Origin: Felis catus | Taxonomy: Eukaryota | Reading direction: 5' to 3' | Assembly: GCF_018350175.1 (NCBI RefSeq) | Contig: NC_058382.1 | Location: 55,554,001 to 55,618,000 of the forward strand | Length of the DNA stretch: 64,000 nucleotides | In this document: positions 25,631 to 36,245 of the stretch, piece by piece | Numbering within the stretch: position 1 is the stretch's first letter | Layout: each line of letters starts with the position of its first letter | Program-made: the position numbers and the translations under genes | Notes under the pieces: model-generated | The model's database searches: none | The model's input: only the letters and a program-made list of their open reading frames with translations | What the model was told of the DNA's origin: nothing

Positions 25631-26083
25631 AAGTTTCTCAAACTTCTATATAGGAGTTCCTAAGGACAGGGGAGGAAATAAGTACCTCTGGGCATTCCAG
25701 AGTTGTAGCTAAAGTGTCTTTTGTAAACCTGGAATTCTTGGGGAGCCTGTTTTATCTTAAAAACATTCTTGGCGTTTTGCCTTACACCTCATAATATTTT
25801 TCTGTTAATTTTAATGTGCCATGTTACCTCAATCAAGTGTGAATATGTGTGTGTGCAGTGTAGAATTTGTATTCATGGGATTCACATACCTTGGCATATC
25901 TTAAGAGCCCTGGGGTCATATGCATGACTCAGTCTGAGAAATATGATTTTGTGTAATTGTTAGAAGGGGCATTACTTTCTTATTAGCTTGGTAGAATGAG
26001 GCAACATCAGCCTTATATATATCATAGTTGCTGTAAATGTCTATGGTGTACTAGACATTGTGCAATTTAATATTGTGGCCACC

Positions 26084-26420
26084 TGTAGGGGCAGAATGGA
26101 CTTGCACCCAAAATTTGGTTTGGATGTTGGTTGATGACAATACACACACCAAGAGGGATAAAAGGATTTATTATTTGTGTAATGAAGAATTCTGGAGTGA
26201 GCTGGGCAGGTGTCTCAAGTTGATCCGAAAATGGCTTGTGAGAGCAAGGAGAGGAGACTAATTTGGGGTTTTTATTGTGGTTGTTGGGTGGGGCCTCGGT
26301 GAGGGGTACCAAAGGAGGGAGTGCCTGGGTTTGCTATCAGCTTGCCTAGAGGTGAGGCAGCAGGGAAAGAGGGAGGGTGAGCTTATGTCAGCAGTCATAC
26401 ATTAAGAACAGAGCCTGACT
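26084..26420 (-). mobile_element. ERVL LTR (MER54/MER74/MER76-like)
   Basis: cacccaaaatttggtttggatgtt..gatgacaatacacacaccaagaggg..aaggatttatta. Confidence 0.65.
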
Positions 26421-26429
26421 GTTAGAGTT

Positions 26430-26630
26430 TGATGTCTGTTATCTTACTGAATCATTATCACACACCATGAGGGGGGTTCCATGGTGATTCATATTTTACA
26501 GATGAGGAATTGTAAAGGTTCTATACAGGTTCAGAAGTGTTAAGTGACTTGCACAAGGTCACAAAGGTAGTATACAGTGCTGAATTTAGGCCCAGGTCAC
26601 TCAGATATAGGTCTGTGCTCTTAGCTACTA
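26430..26630 (-). mobile_element. MIR
   Basis: attttacagatgagga...gttaagtgacttgcacaaggtcaca core. Confidence 0.75.
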
Positions 26631-26896
26631 CCTACCCATCAATCATAATACCTGACATAACTTGCTTCTCATTTCAGGCTTTTTGGGATATGTAGATCTA
26701 TGTTCTTCCCTCATCCCACAGTGAGCTCCAGAAGAGGAGGGACCAAGTCTTTTTCACCTCTGTGACTCTCTTGGCCCCACTGTGTTCTATAATGGTAGCT
26801 CAGTAGCACATGTTAAATTGAATTATAACATTATCCCTGAGGAAAAAGAGAAACATCCAGCTAAAAGAAATTATTAAGAGTATCAATGGCCACCTT

Positions 26897-26953
26897 TAAA
26901 ATTTTTTAATTTTAAGTTTTAATTTTTTTATTTTAGAGGTGGGGGTGGCAAGC

Positions 26954-26992
<39 letters not shown>

Positions 26993-27123
26993 CTGAGAAT
27001 CCCAAGCAGGCTCCACACTCAGTGTGGAGCTCCACCTGGGGCTTAATCCCATGATCCTGGGATCATTACCTCAGCTGAAATCAAGAGGTGGACACTCAAC
27101 CAACTGAGCCACCCAGGAAGCCC
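26897..27123 (-). mobile_element. SINEC, older subfamily
   Basis: TSD TCA(A/G)TGGCCAC at 26883 and 27124. Confidence 0.93.
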
Positions 27124-27302
27124 TCAGTGGCCACTTTTTTAACGAGCACTAACCATGTGCCACGGTTCACACAGTACCTCCAATGACCTTGCACAATTAG
27201 TGGATTGCTGCTGACTTAGATGGAGAATAAAACTTAAGAAAGATAAATCTGGAAATCTGCATTTTGGCTTACACATCAGTTGCATAAACAAAACTTGGGA
27301 TG

Positions 27303-27535
27303 GGGGCACCTGGGTGGCTCGGTCGGTTAAGCGTCTGACTTCGGCTCAGGTCATGATCTCACGGTCCATGAGTTCAATTCCCGAGTCAGGCTCTGTGCTG
27401 ACTGCTCAGAGCCTGGAGCCTGTTTCAGATTCTGTGTCTCCCTCTCTTCTCTCTCTGACCCTCCCCCGTTCATGCTCTGTCTCTCTCGGTCTCAAAAATA
27501 AATAAATGTTAAAAAAAAAATTAAAACAAAAACAA
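27303..27535 (+). mobile_element. SINEC
   Basis: ggggcacctgggtggctcggtcggttaagcgtctgacttcggctcagg...A tail; aacttggg flanks. Confidence 0.96.
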
Positions 27536-28059
27536 AAACAACTTGGGGTGGACCAGGTGAAGAGCAGTTTCTGTTACAAAGAACTCTAAAACACTATTGA
27601 CTTGACTGCTTACTAGGTCAAACCAGCCGTGCAGTGTGGCTGGTTCCTTAGAAGTACATGCATTCTCCAGCTGAATTGATGGAAATTCAGTGTTTGGAGC
27701 AAGTGGGTAATAGTCCATTGAATTCTGTACTGGATCTTCAGAATACTATATGTGATTATGGACTGTAAGTTTTAAGAGGGATATTCGTAGCCTGAAATTT
27801 ATGCAGAGAAGGCCCCAGAGAGGAGAAACCCTGGGATCTTTGCCACCCAGGGCCTGGCTAGAGAGGCTGGGCTGCATTTGGCCCAAATGAGAGGAGACTC
27901 AGTGGGATGGGAATGACTTGGTAACATTTGGAAGCTTTTAGCTAAGCTCCACCAGGGATGGGCTCTGTCCACTTTACACATGTATCCCTAGCACTCATGA
28001 GATACCTTGTACAAAAGTACAGATTCGATGTTAAATGAATGAAGGGTTGAGTCACCTAA

Positions 28060-28830
28060 TGGGTATTCTGGCTGATTCATTTGTTTACAAGGAACAGAGA
28101 GATGCTTACATTGCACTTAAGCGTTGTTCAAGGCAAGAAGGCTTCACTGGAAAGACACAGGACAGCACTGTCTAGTGGCATTCTCTGTGACGACGGGAAT
28201 GTTCTTCATCTGTGCTGTCCAGTATGGGAGCCGTTAGCCACACATGACTACTGAGCACTTGAAATGTGTCAGTGAAACTGACTTTTCCATTTTAATCAAT
28301 TTAAATTTACATTTAAGTAGCTAATGGCTACTGCATGGACAGGGCAGATATAGATTTCAAGGTTAGGATCTGAAGGGTGGTTCTGGATTATGGGTGTCTC
28401 TAGGTGATGGCTTCTCTCAGACGTACATGCTCTGCCCTACCTTTCTCCATCTCCATTTCTCTCTGCTTGTGCTTTGTTCCCTTCTCTCTTGTGAGAGTTT
28501 TGCTTCCTCGTAACCTGAATTTGCCCTCGGCCATCCTCGCTACTCCTGTTCACACCATTAGTATCCACACAGGAAGCAACTGGCAACTTCCTTCGTGTGT
28601 CTTAGTCCCAGCTCCTGAAGGAGAAGGAAAGAATCTGACTGGTCCAGCTCATCTGTATAGAGCATCTTCATCAGCTACCTTTGGGTGAGGTGCCTGGTTG
28701 AATCAGTTATATCTAGGGATAAGGGGCGAGTCCTGCGATATGAACACAGCCCTCTAAGTAGTAGGACTGTGGGTGAGCAGATTCCCTTAGAATGGTTTGG
28801 GGGTAGTGTGTAGGCAGAGCAAACAGTGAT
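28060..28830 (-). mobile_element. Old MLT1 LTR interrupted by MER3
   Basis: ttgtttacaaggaacagaga..cacttaagc terminus; gaatctgactggtccagct...tcagttat. Confidence 0.45.
28163..28347. mobile_element. MER3-like hAT MITE
   Basis: ctgtgctgtccagtatgggagccgttagccacacatgactactgagcacttgaaatgtg. Confidence 0.85.
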
Positions 28831-29019
28831 CGGCCCTTGCTAGTAGAGACAGAGCTTTTGTGGGTCTCCAGAGGGTGGTGGACTTTATAAGAAGGTAGAT
28901 TGCAACTTACTCTCTGCAGAAGCACTTTCCCGTCTGGCAGCTTCAAGGATATTGAGTATCCTGGCTACTCTCTCAGTGCTCAGATTATGCTCCTCGTCTC
29001 CCTGTATGTGTGCCTCTCA

Positions 29020-29270
29020 TGTGCCCAGCTGAGCCCTGGATTTTGGGGTCACGCTTGGCTTCTACCATTAGCCAGGTAGTGATCATGGTCAAGCAGCTTA
29101 ACTTCTCTATGCCTCAGTTTTGTTTTGTTTTTAATCTGCAAATAGAAATTGTATTACCTACTGCATAGGGTCCTGGAGGCTTAAATGATATAAATGATAC
29201 TATATAATTTTGCTGAATGTTCAGAAGCTTTTAGAACAGCACTGCCACATAATAAACATGTATTAGCTTT
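29020..29270 (+). mobile_element. MIR
   Basis: gtcaagcagcttaacttctctatgcctcagttt...atctgcaaatag..tacctactgcataggg. Confidence 0.75.
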
Positions 29271-29447
29271 TGAGAGGATGGGAACTCTAGTTGTTGTTCT
29301 GGATTTTATACAGAGTTTTCTCCTACAGCTGCTTGGTTTTGTTGACACAGGGTTCACATATCTCACAAGATAACATCTTTCTCTATGATATGTTATTTCC
29401 TGTTATTTTTGAGGTTGTGATCCCTTCTTTCATTACTTCCATCCTTG

Positions 29448-29790
29448 TTTCCTTCCTTCCTTCCTTCCTTCCTTCCTTCCTTCCTTCCTTCCTTCCTTCC
29501 TCCCTCCCTCCCTCCCTCCCTCCCTCCCTCCCTCTCTTCCTCCCTCCTTCCCTCCCTCTCTCCCTCCCTCCCTCCCTCCCTCCCTCCCTCTCTTCCTCCC
29601 TCCTTCCCTCCCTCTCTCCCTCCCTCCTTCCCTCCCTCCCTTACTTTCCTCTCTTCTTTCCTTCCCTCCTTCCCTCCTCCCCTTCCTTCCTTCCCTCCTT
29701 CCCTCCTCCCCTCCTCCCCTTCCTTCCTTCCTCCTTCCCTCCCTTCCTTCTCTCCTTCCTCCCTCCCTCCCTCCCTTCTTTCCTCTTTTT
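29448..29790. repeat. (TTCC)n/(TCCC)n homopyrimidine low-complexity tract
   Basis: 343 bp of C/T with a single A at 29643. Confidence 0.98.
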
Positions 29791-29851
29791 GTAACAGTTT
29801 TCTTGGCATATAAATCACATGCTATACAATTAACTCAAAGTGTACAATTCA

Positions 29852-30270
29852 TACTGTTTTGATTACTTTAGCTTTGTAGTATATCTTGAGATGTGGAACT
29901 GTGATACCTCTAGCTTTGTATTTCCTTTTTCAAATTTTTTAAATTAAAAAAAAATGTTTAAATTCAGGTTAGGTAACATACAGTGTAGTATTGGTTTCAG
30001 GAGTAGAACCCAGTGATTTATCACTTACATATAACACTCAGTGCTCATTTCTCTCTCGAGGTGAAGGGGAGAGGGAGATACAGGCTTCCAGTTATGGAAT
30101 GAATAAGTCACAGGAATAGAAAGCACAGCATAAGGAATATAGTCAGTAATAGTGTTGTATGGTGACAGATGGTAGCTGCACTGGTGAGCATAGCATGTTT
30201 ACACTTGTTGAATCACTGTGTTGTACACCTGAAACTAATGTAACATGTGGCCATTACACTAAAAAAAAAA
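29852..30270 (+). mobile_element. Younger L1 (L1MA9/L1_Carn-like) 3' end with inverted 5' segment
   Basis: Plus-strand 3' UTR 30058-30260 with A10 tail; minus-strand ORF2 piece 29852-29933; degenerate TSD 29837-29851 and 30269-30283. Confidence 0.75.
29934..30047 (-). mobile_element. Short carnivore L1 3' end
   Basis: aattcaggttaggtaacatacagtgtagtattggtttcaggagtagaacccagtgatttatcacttacatataacactcagtgctcat. Confidence 0.8.
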
Positions 30271-30383
30271 GGGGTACAATCCAATGGATTTAAATATATT
30301 GACAGGGTTTTGCATTACATCACCATAATTTTGGAACAATTCTGTCTAAAAAGAAGCCTCATACCCATTAGAAATCTGCTCTT

Positions 30384-30755
30384 TGTATTATGGACTGAAT
30401 GTTTATTTTTCCCTCCATAGTCATACATTGAGGCCCTAATTACCAGTGTGATGGTTTTTGGAGGTGAGGCCTTTGGGAGGTTATTAGGTTTAGATAAGGT
30501 CATGAGGGTGGAACCACCATGATGGGATTAGTGTCCTTATAAGAGAAAGATAGTAGAGCTTACTCTCTTTCTGTGTTTGCAGACACCAAGGAAGGTCATG
30601 TGAAGACATAACCAGGAAGAAGGTCCTCACTAAGAACTAGACCGTGCTGGCACCTGATCTTGGACCTCCAGCCGCTAGAACTGTGAGAAATCAATGTCTG
30701 TTGTTTAAGCTACCCAGTATATGGTATTTTTGTTATAGTCACCCAAACCAACTGA
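30384..30755 (+). mobile_element. MLT1A-like MaLR LTR
   Basis: tatggactgaatgttt...ggaggtgaggcctttgggagg...gatgggattagtgtccttataagaga...tagaactgtgagaaat. Confidence 0.88.
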
Positions 30756-31689
30756 CTCCCCACCCACCAATTCTCCACCCCTAGTACCTGGCATCTATTA
30801 ATCTACTTTCTGACTCTATGGATTTGCCTATTTTGGACAATTTCATGTAAATGTGGTCATCATGTGTGGACTTTGTGACTGGTTTCGTAGCATGATGTTT
30901 TTAAGTGTCATCCATGTTGTGGCATGGATCAGTACTTCATTCCTCTTAATTGCTGAATAATATTCCGTCTGTGGATTTATCACCAGCTGTTTATCCATTC
31001 ATCAGTTGATGGGCATTTGGGTTGTTTCCACCTTTTTGCTATTGTGAGTAGTGCTGCTGTGAATGTCTGTGTACAAGTATTTGTTTGAACATCTGTTTTC
31101 AACTCCTTTGGGAAGATACCTAGGAGAGGAATTGCTGGGTCATATTGTAACTCTATGTTTAATATTTTGAGGAGCTGCCAGACTGTTTTCCACAGTGGCT
31201 GCCCCATTTTACATTCCCACCAGCAGTGCCCCCGTTGTTTCTTTGATTTATCATTACCTCTACCTGCCATCTGACTTGTGAACAGGGACCTCATAGTCTA
31301 TTACTGATATATGTTATTTAAAAAGTGAAGTAAAGTGAAACCTAGTTTTCTTTGAAAAATTCCCGGCACATATTGAGATAATTGCATTTTATCAAAGAAA
31401 CAAAACAAAATAAAACAAAACTAAAGAAAGATTTGGTGGAGAGGCAGCAAACATTAGCGATTACTCTTAGGCTCACCTAGACTATAAACTCCTTGCCGTC
31501 AACGCCTAAGCTTTGTTTCTCTATGTTTCCTTCATGGGATTTAGCAAGGGGTTGGGATAAATGTGCATTTATCATTCTTCCATTTGTTCATTTAATACTT
31601 CACCTAGGGTTATTGTGTATGCCTATATAGTAGTGTGCAATGAAAAAAAGAGAAAAGTCATTTGAACGCTGTAGTTGGCCCACCATTTA

Positions 31690-31910
31690 CTCAATGAAGG
31701 TGGACCCACAGGCAGTAGATGCACTCAAGCCTGAAACAGTGAATGCAGGTTTGAAACCCATGGAAATTATTTATGAATAATTTTAAGGGCTTGTCACCCT
31801 TTGACAAAAGAGGGTAGATACATGATTCAGGTAGCCAGCTACGTGGGTGCTGATGGCTTTGCTGACAATGAAATGGAGGAATTAGTTGAGGGCCAAGAGA
31901 ATCTTGAGCA
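31690..31910 (+). mobile_element. Tigger/pogo transposase C-terminal remnant
   Basis: Across two frameshifts: QAVDALKPETVNA / NNFKGLSPFDK / EGRYMIQVASYVGADGFADNEMEELVEGQE, resembling the TIGD-like post-DDE region. Confidence 0.6.
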
Positions 31911-32224
31911 AGGCGGCGTGAGAGAACTGATAGGCTTGTTCTCAGAAGACAGTGGTGGGGGGTTTAAGGATTTTAAAGAGCAAGTCTCACTTTTTGTCGT
32001 TTTGTCCTTATCCTGCTAATAGCCCTGTGTCCCTTCAAGGAGATGTTGGAACCTGGCAGAAAGTCATAGAAGATAAAATCCCTACTTTTGGGGGCCTTAG
32101 GGTCTAGTGTGGAAGGCAACAAGGTCACCTAGCAATTGCAAAGCCACATGAAGAAGGAAAAGATAGGGGTATGCACAGGGTTGGGAGTAATGCAGGGTAG
32201 GGAACACCTGAAGGGGAGGTCTGG

Positions 32225-32653
32225 TGTCTGAATTTCCTAGGGCTGTCGTAACCGATTTCCACAAACTGGGGGGCTTCAAGCAACATAATTCATTTTCTCA
32301 TAGTTCTAGAGGCCAGAAGTCTGAAATCAAGGTGCTGGCGGGGATTATGCTCCCTCTGAAGGCTCTAGAGGAGGGTCTTTATTGCCTCTTCTGGTTTCTG
32401 GTGGCCGTAGGCATTCCTTGACTTGTGGTATTTTGTATCATTCCAACCTCTGCCTCTGCCTTCACCTGGACCCTTCTCCTCCTCCCCGTGTCTGTCCTCT
32501 GTCTGTCTTTAAGGACACTTGCCATTGGATTTAGGGCCCATTCACATAATCCATCCATCTGTGAGACCTTTTTTCCAAATAAGGCCTCATTCACAGGTCT
32601 GGGGATTAGGATGTGAACATATCCTTTGCGGTCCCATCATTCAACTTACTACA
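32225..32653 (-). mobile_element. MLT1C-like MaLR LTR
   Basis: tttcctagggctgtcgtaacc..ttctcatagttctagaggccagaagtctgaaatcaaggtg...attcaacttactaca; TSD tctgg/tcagg. Confidence 0.9.
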
Positions 32654-33075
32654 TCAGGGAAGGCTCCCTGTATGCAGTAAAACAGTTGAGCTAAATCTTG
32701 ATGGAATTAGATGGGTGAAAGGGCAGAGAAAGTTTCAGAAAGAGGGGAAGAGGGAGTGAGCATGTGCAAAGGTCCCGTTGGAAGAGATTCTGTGGTCATT
32801 CACAGGTACTGTGATACACTTGGAGTGTAGTTGGTGTATGTGTGGGCACACTGTGGAGTGAGGAGAAGGGAGTAAAATTTTGGGCAACAGAAGTAGGCAA
32901 GGTCCAGGTCTTAGGGGGTGTGGGATGACATGATAAGGAGAGAATACAGAAACTACTAAAGAACTTTAAACAGGGAGGTGATATGAGCTGATTGGAATTT
33001 TAGAAAGACCACCCTGGGCTCTGTGGAGGGTGGGATGCAGTGAGGCTGGTGGCAGAGAAACTAGTTAGTAAAACT
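32654..33075 (-). mobile_element. L2 fragment
   Basis: tcagggaaggctccctg..ttgagctaaatcttga; gcatgtgcaaaggtcc; ttttagaaagaccaccctgg. Confidence 0.65.
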
Positions 33076-33967
33076 TCTGCTTAGTAAATGCACTTTGTCT
33101 TGAATCTGCCCTTGTCTTACTTTTATTTTCCTACATTAACTCATGATTTTTGCTGGGCTGTTGGATGCAATTTAACATGCTAAGCCAATCTATTTACTTG
33201 TAATGCTCATCGCTAATAGGAAACAAGATGCTGGCCTCACAAGGGAAGCTGGCTCGGCTCAGTTAGCAAAGTCCTTTGCATTGATGATGAAAGATGGTAA
33301 ATAGATTGAGCAGGTTGATGGTGTCAGTTCCAATTTGTTGAGCCACTGAATCATGTTGTCAACAATTAGCATCTACAAAATATGAACACACATACATCAC
33401 CCTTTCGGTAAAAGAATGAGGAACTCTGGCTCTTGCTCTGAATTTGCCACAAAATTCTCCCTTATCATTGCTTTGTAGTTGCTGCTGAACTAAAGTCTGA
33501 GTGACTTAAGAATATTTACTGAGCTCCTTCTGGGTATCAAGTACTGTGTGAGATGTCCAGAATGTAGCAGGGAGGGAAGTCAACAGCCTGGGCTCTAGGG
33601 AGCACATGGTCTAGAGAGGAACAGACAAGCAGACAATGTTGAGGCACTGGGGGTTGGTAAATTCTGTGCTGGTGGAAAGTGGGGGTGCTATATATCACCT
33701 AAACATCCCACAGTAGGGGCAAAAAAAAAAAAAAAGAGGTGTGCAAAGGCCCTCTCCATCTCAGCTCCATGCTACAGTGCTCAACGGAGCTGGTTATCTC
33801 ATTCAGTGGTGAGAATGCACCAGTTCTTAGTGGCAGCCCTGGGTTCAGAGCTCCTTTTCTGGTGATTCCTTAGGTGTTCTCTCACTGCTCTACCTCCACA
33901 TCCTCTCCTGTCCATTCCCCCAGCCCGAGAGCTCTCTTGTAGAGTGGCAGTGCATTTCTCAAGGTCC

Positions 33968-34260
33968 ATTCATTCATTTGTTCTTTCAGCAAAAACATAC
34001 TGGCTACTAACTGCTTGTGATGCTCTGTGCCAGGTAGTGGGGATACTACACATCCAAATTCTATAGGAGTCCGGCCTTGAAGATGCTGACATTCCTATCA
34101 GCCACTCAAAGCAAGGATAGTCTGTGGAGGGGTAGTGATAAGGCAGGGTGGGTGACATTTCACTGGCAAAAGGCATTGCTGTCCCTTGGAAGGGGCTTTG
34201 GCTGGTTTGGCGGTGTTGGGAAAAGCAGGGCAGGAGGAGAAAACACCAGAGATGCACTTT
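33968..34260 (-). mobile_element. L2 3' end
   Basis: cattcattcatttgttctttcagcaaaaacatactgg..tgtgccagg. Confidence 0.6.
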
Positions 34261-34299
34261 GAAGGGTTTGAGTAGGTGGAGGTGGGTGGTGCTCACCTG

Positions 34300-34500
34300 A
34301 TCTGATTCTTGGTTTGCCCCAACCCATGCTAGCATGAGATCTTGGGCAAAGGCCCTCGCTCACCTGCCTGAGCCCCAGTTTCTTCCTTGGTGAGCTGGGA
34401 TATGAAATGCTCCACCTCCCTACGGATGCTGTGGAGACTCAGTGGAGACAGGGCCCAGCATAGAGTAAGCACTCAATTAATACCAGCTGCTGTTGCTATG
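34300..34500 (+). mobile_element. MIR
   Basis: tgagatcttgggcaa..ctgagccccagtttt..gcatagagtaagcactcaattaatacc. Confidence 0.6.
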
Positions 34501-35795
34501 AACTAGTCCTTGTGAGAGAAGGGCCTTTCTTGACACTGTTTGCTTTTGAAAGGGCACCTAGGACCATATATTAATGAGATTGGAAGGGAGGCTTTGGTTG
34601 ACTATTTCTCTTAAGTTGTAAAGTTGCCCTGTAGCAAGAAGGGGGGAAAGGTGAGCCAATTCCATGTCTAGAGCCCTGTTAAAGGTACTTTATTTTTTCC
34701 TGGCTCTCGGGCTAGGTTTTCTGCCTGTTATGAAAACATGGCCTGGAATATCTGTAGCCAAGAGGTCTGGAGCCCATGGGAACTGTCAAAACTGGGATTG
34801 GAACATAAATATGAAATGACAGGCAGCTTCATGTGCTGTTATTAAACTTCACAGCTAGAATTTTTGAAAGCAAATTATCATGTAAAAATATTCTTGTTAT
34901 GTTAAACTGGAAATGAAAATAACTTATTTATTTGCTTAGATCAAATCGTTGGAAGCAAAGTTAGGCTGTATTTTTTTTCCCTGCCAAATGCTTTGATGCG
35001 TCCCTTTAACCAATGGTTTAAATATGAATATTAGTTAAGTTGCATCAACCACAGTGGGGTTATCAACCTCCTAAGGATTGTATCTTTTCAGATGGTTCAG
35101 TGAATAGAGATTTAGAATAGGAGTCAGGGGCTTTAATGTTTTTGGCATTCAACCAGGAGAAAACTTAGCTCATCGGTAGTACGGGTAAGCTGTAGATGAT
35201 TGAGAAATGGGCTTATTTATGGGAATTTAGGCTTGCCCATTATGTACATAGGAGCATGTGTGGGTGTTACCAGGGTCCAGGACTCACCTTGATGGCCACC
35301 AGATGTCACTGTTGAGTCACAGAAGCACAGCCAGAGGGGCTGAGCATCCTTCCGGGGAAGACTTTTAGGAAAACTTTATCTGGCCAAACAGCTCATTCTT
35401 TTTACTTATTTATTTTTAAAAAATATCTGTCAAGATCAGGAGTCCAGGGCAAACTTAACTGAATTCAGGAGAGTACTTAAAAGTATGGAAGAAAATTAGG
35501 GCAGTGGGAAAATAAACACAATATTTGCTCTTCTGTATTCTGGAGATTGTCCTTGTCATTCAATCACTTTTGCATGCCTGGTCTCCCCCCATTCCCAGCC
35601 CAGAACTAGGCAATAAATGCACTGAACTGGTTAGACTTGCAAAGTCACAGAATGTCAGAGCATGAAGGGCTCTTAAGGGTCATCTAGCAAATGTCTCAAT
35701 TCAAGTAGAGGGACACCAAGAGAGGAATGAATCACCCAAGGTCACAGTTAACTCTAAATTGAGAATCTCTCAAAAGGCAAATGAAAGTATAGGAC

Positions 35796-36245
35796 GTTGG
35801 TTTTCAAAAGTGTGGTATCTGGGCCAGTAGTATTACTAAGAGGTGGGGACTTGTCAAAAAAGCAGATTCTTGGGTGCCTGGGTGGCTTGGTTGGTTAGAC
35901 ATCTGGCTTCCGCTCAGGTCACGATCTCACGGTTCGTGAATTCGAGCCCTGCATCAGGTTCTGTGCCAACAGCTTGGAGCCTGGAGCCTGCTTCACATTC
36001 TGTGTTTCCCTCACTCTCGGCCTCTCCCTTGCTTGTGCTCTGTCTCTCAAAAATAAATAAACATTAAAAAAAATTAAAAAAAGAAGAGCAGATTCTTGAT
36101 TCTACCCCTGATCTATTGAGTCAGAAAGCTTAGGTTAGGGCTCAAGCAATGTTTTTTTGTTTTTGTTTTTGTTTTTGTTTTTGTTTTTGTTTTTTTGACA
36201 AGTCCTCCATAGGATCCTGATTCGACTGAAGCATAAGATCTACTG
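35796..36245. mobile_element. MER5A split by a SINEC and a (TTTTTG)n tract
   Basis: ggttttcaaaagtgtggt..acttgtcaaaaaagcagattctt | ..tattgagtcagaaagct..gacaagtcctcca. Confidence 0.65.
35872..36082 (+). mobile_element. SINEC
   Basis: TSD AGCAGATTCTT at 35861-35871 and 36087-36097. Confidence 0.95.

Larger units (their letters stand above)
29791..31230 (-). mobile_element. L1MB-type element hosting nested insertions
   Basis: 3' end 29791-29851 resumes at 30284; ORF 30980-31294 HCWWECKMGQPLWKTVW...YDPAIPLLGI...WKQPKCPSTDEWI is the ORF2 C-terminus. Confidence 0.9.

Noticed and set aside
29291..29818. Longest ORFs (167, 141 and 122 aa; PSFL and EGGR repeats)
   Set aside because: Translations of the stop-free CT-rich tract, not genes.
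30980..31294. 104-aa ORF with clear protein homology
   Set aside because: Decayed L1 ORF2 C-terminus inside an old L1MB fragment, not a host gene.
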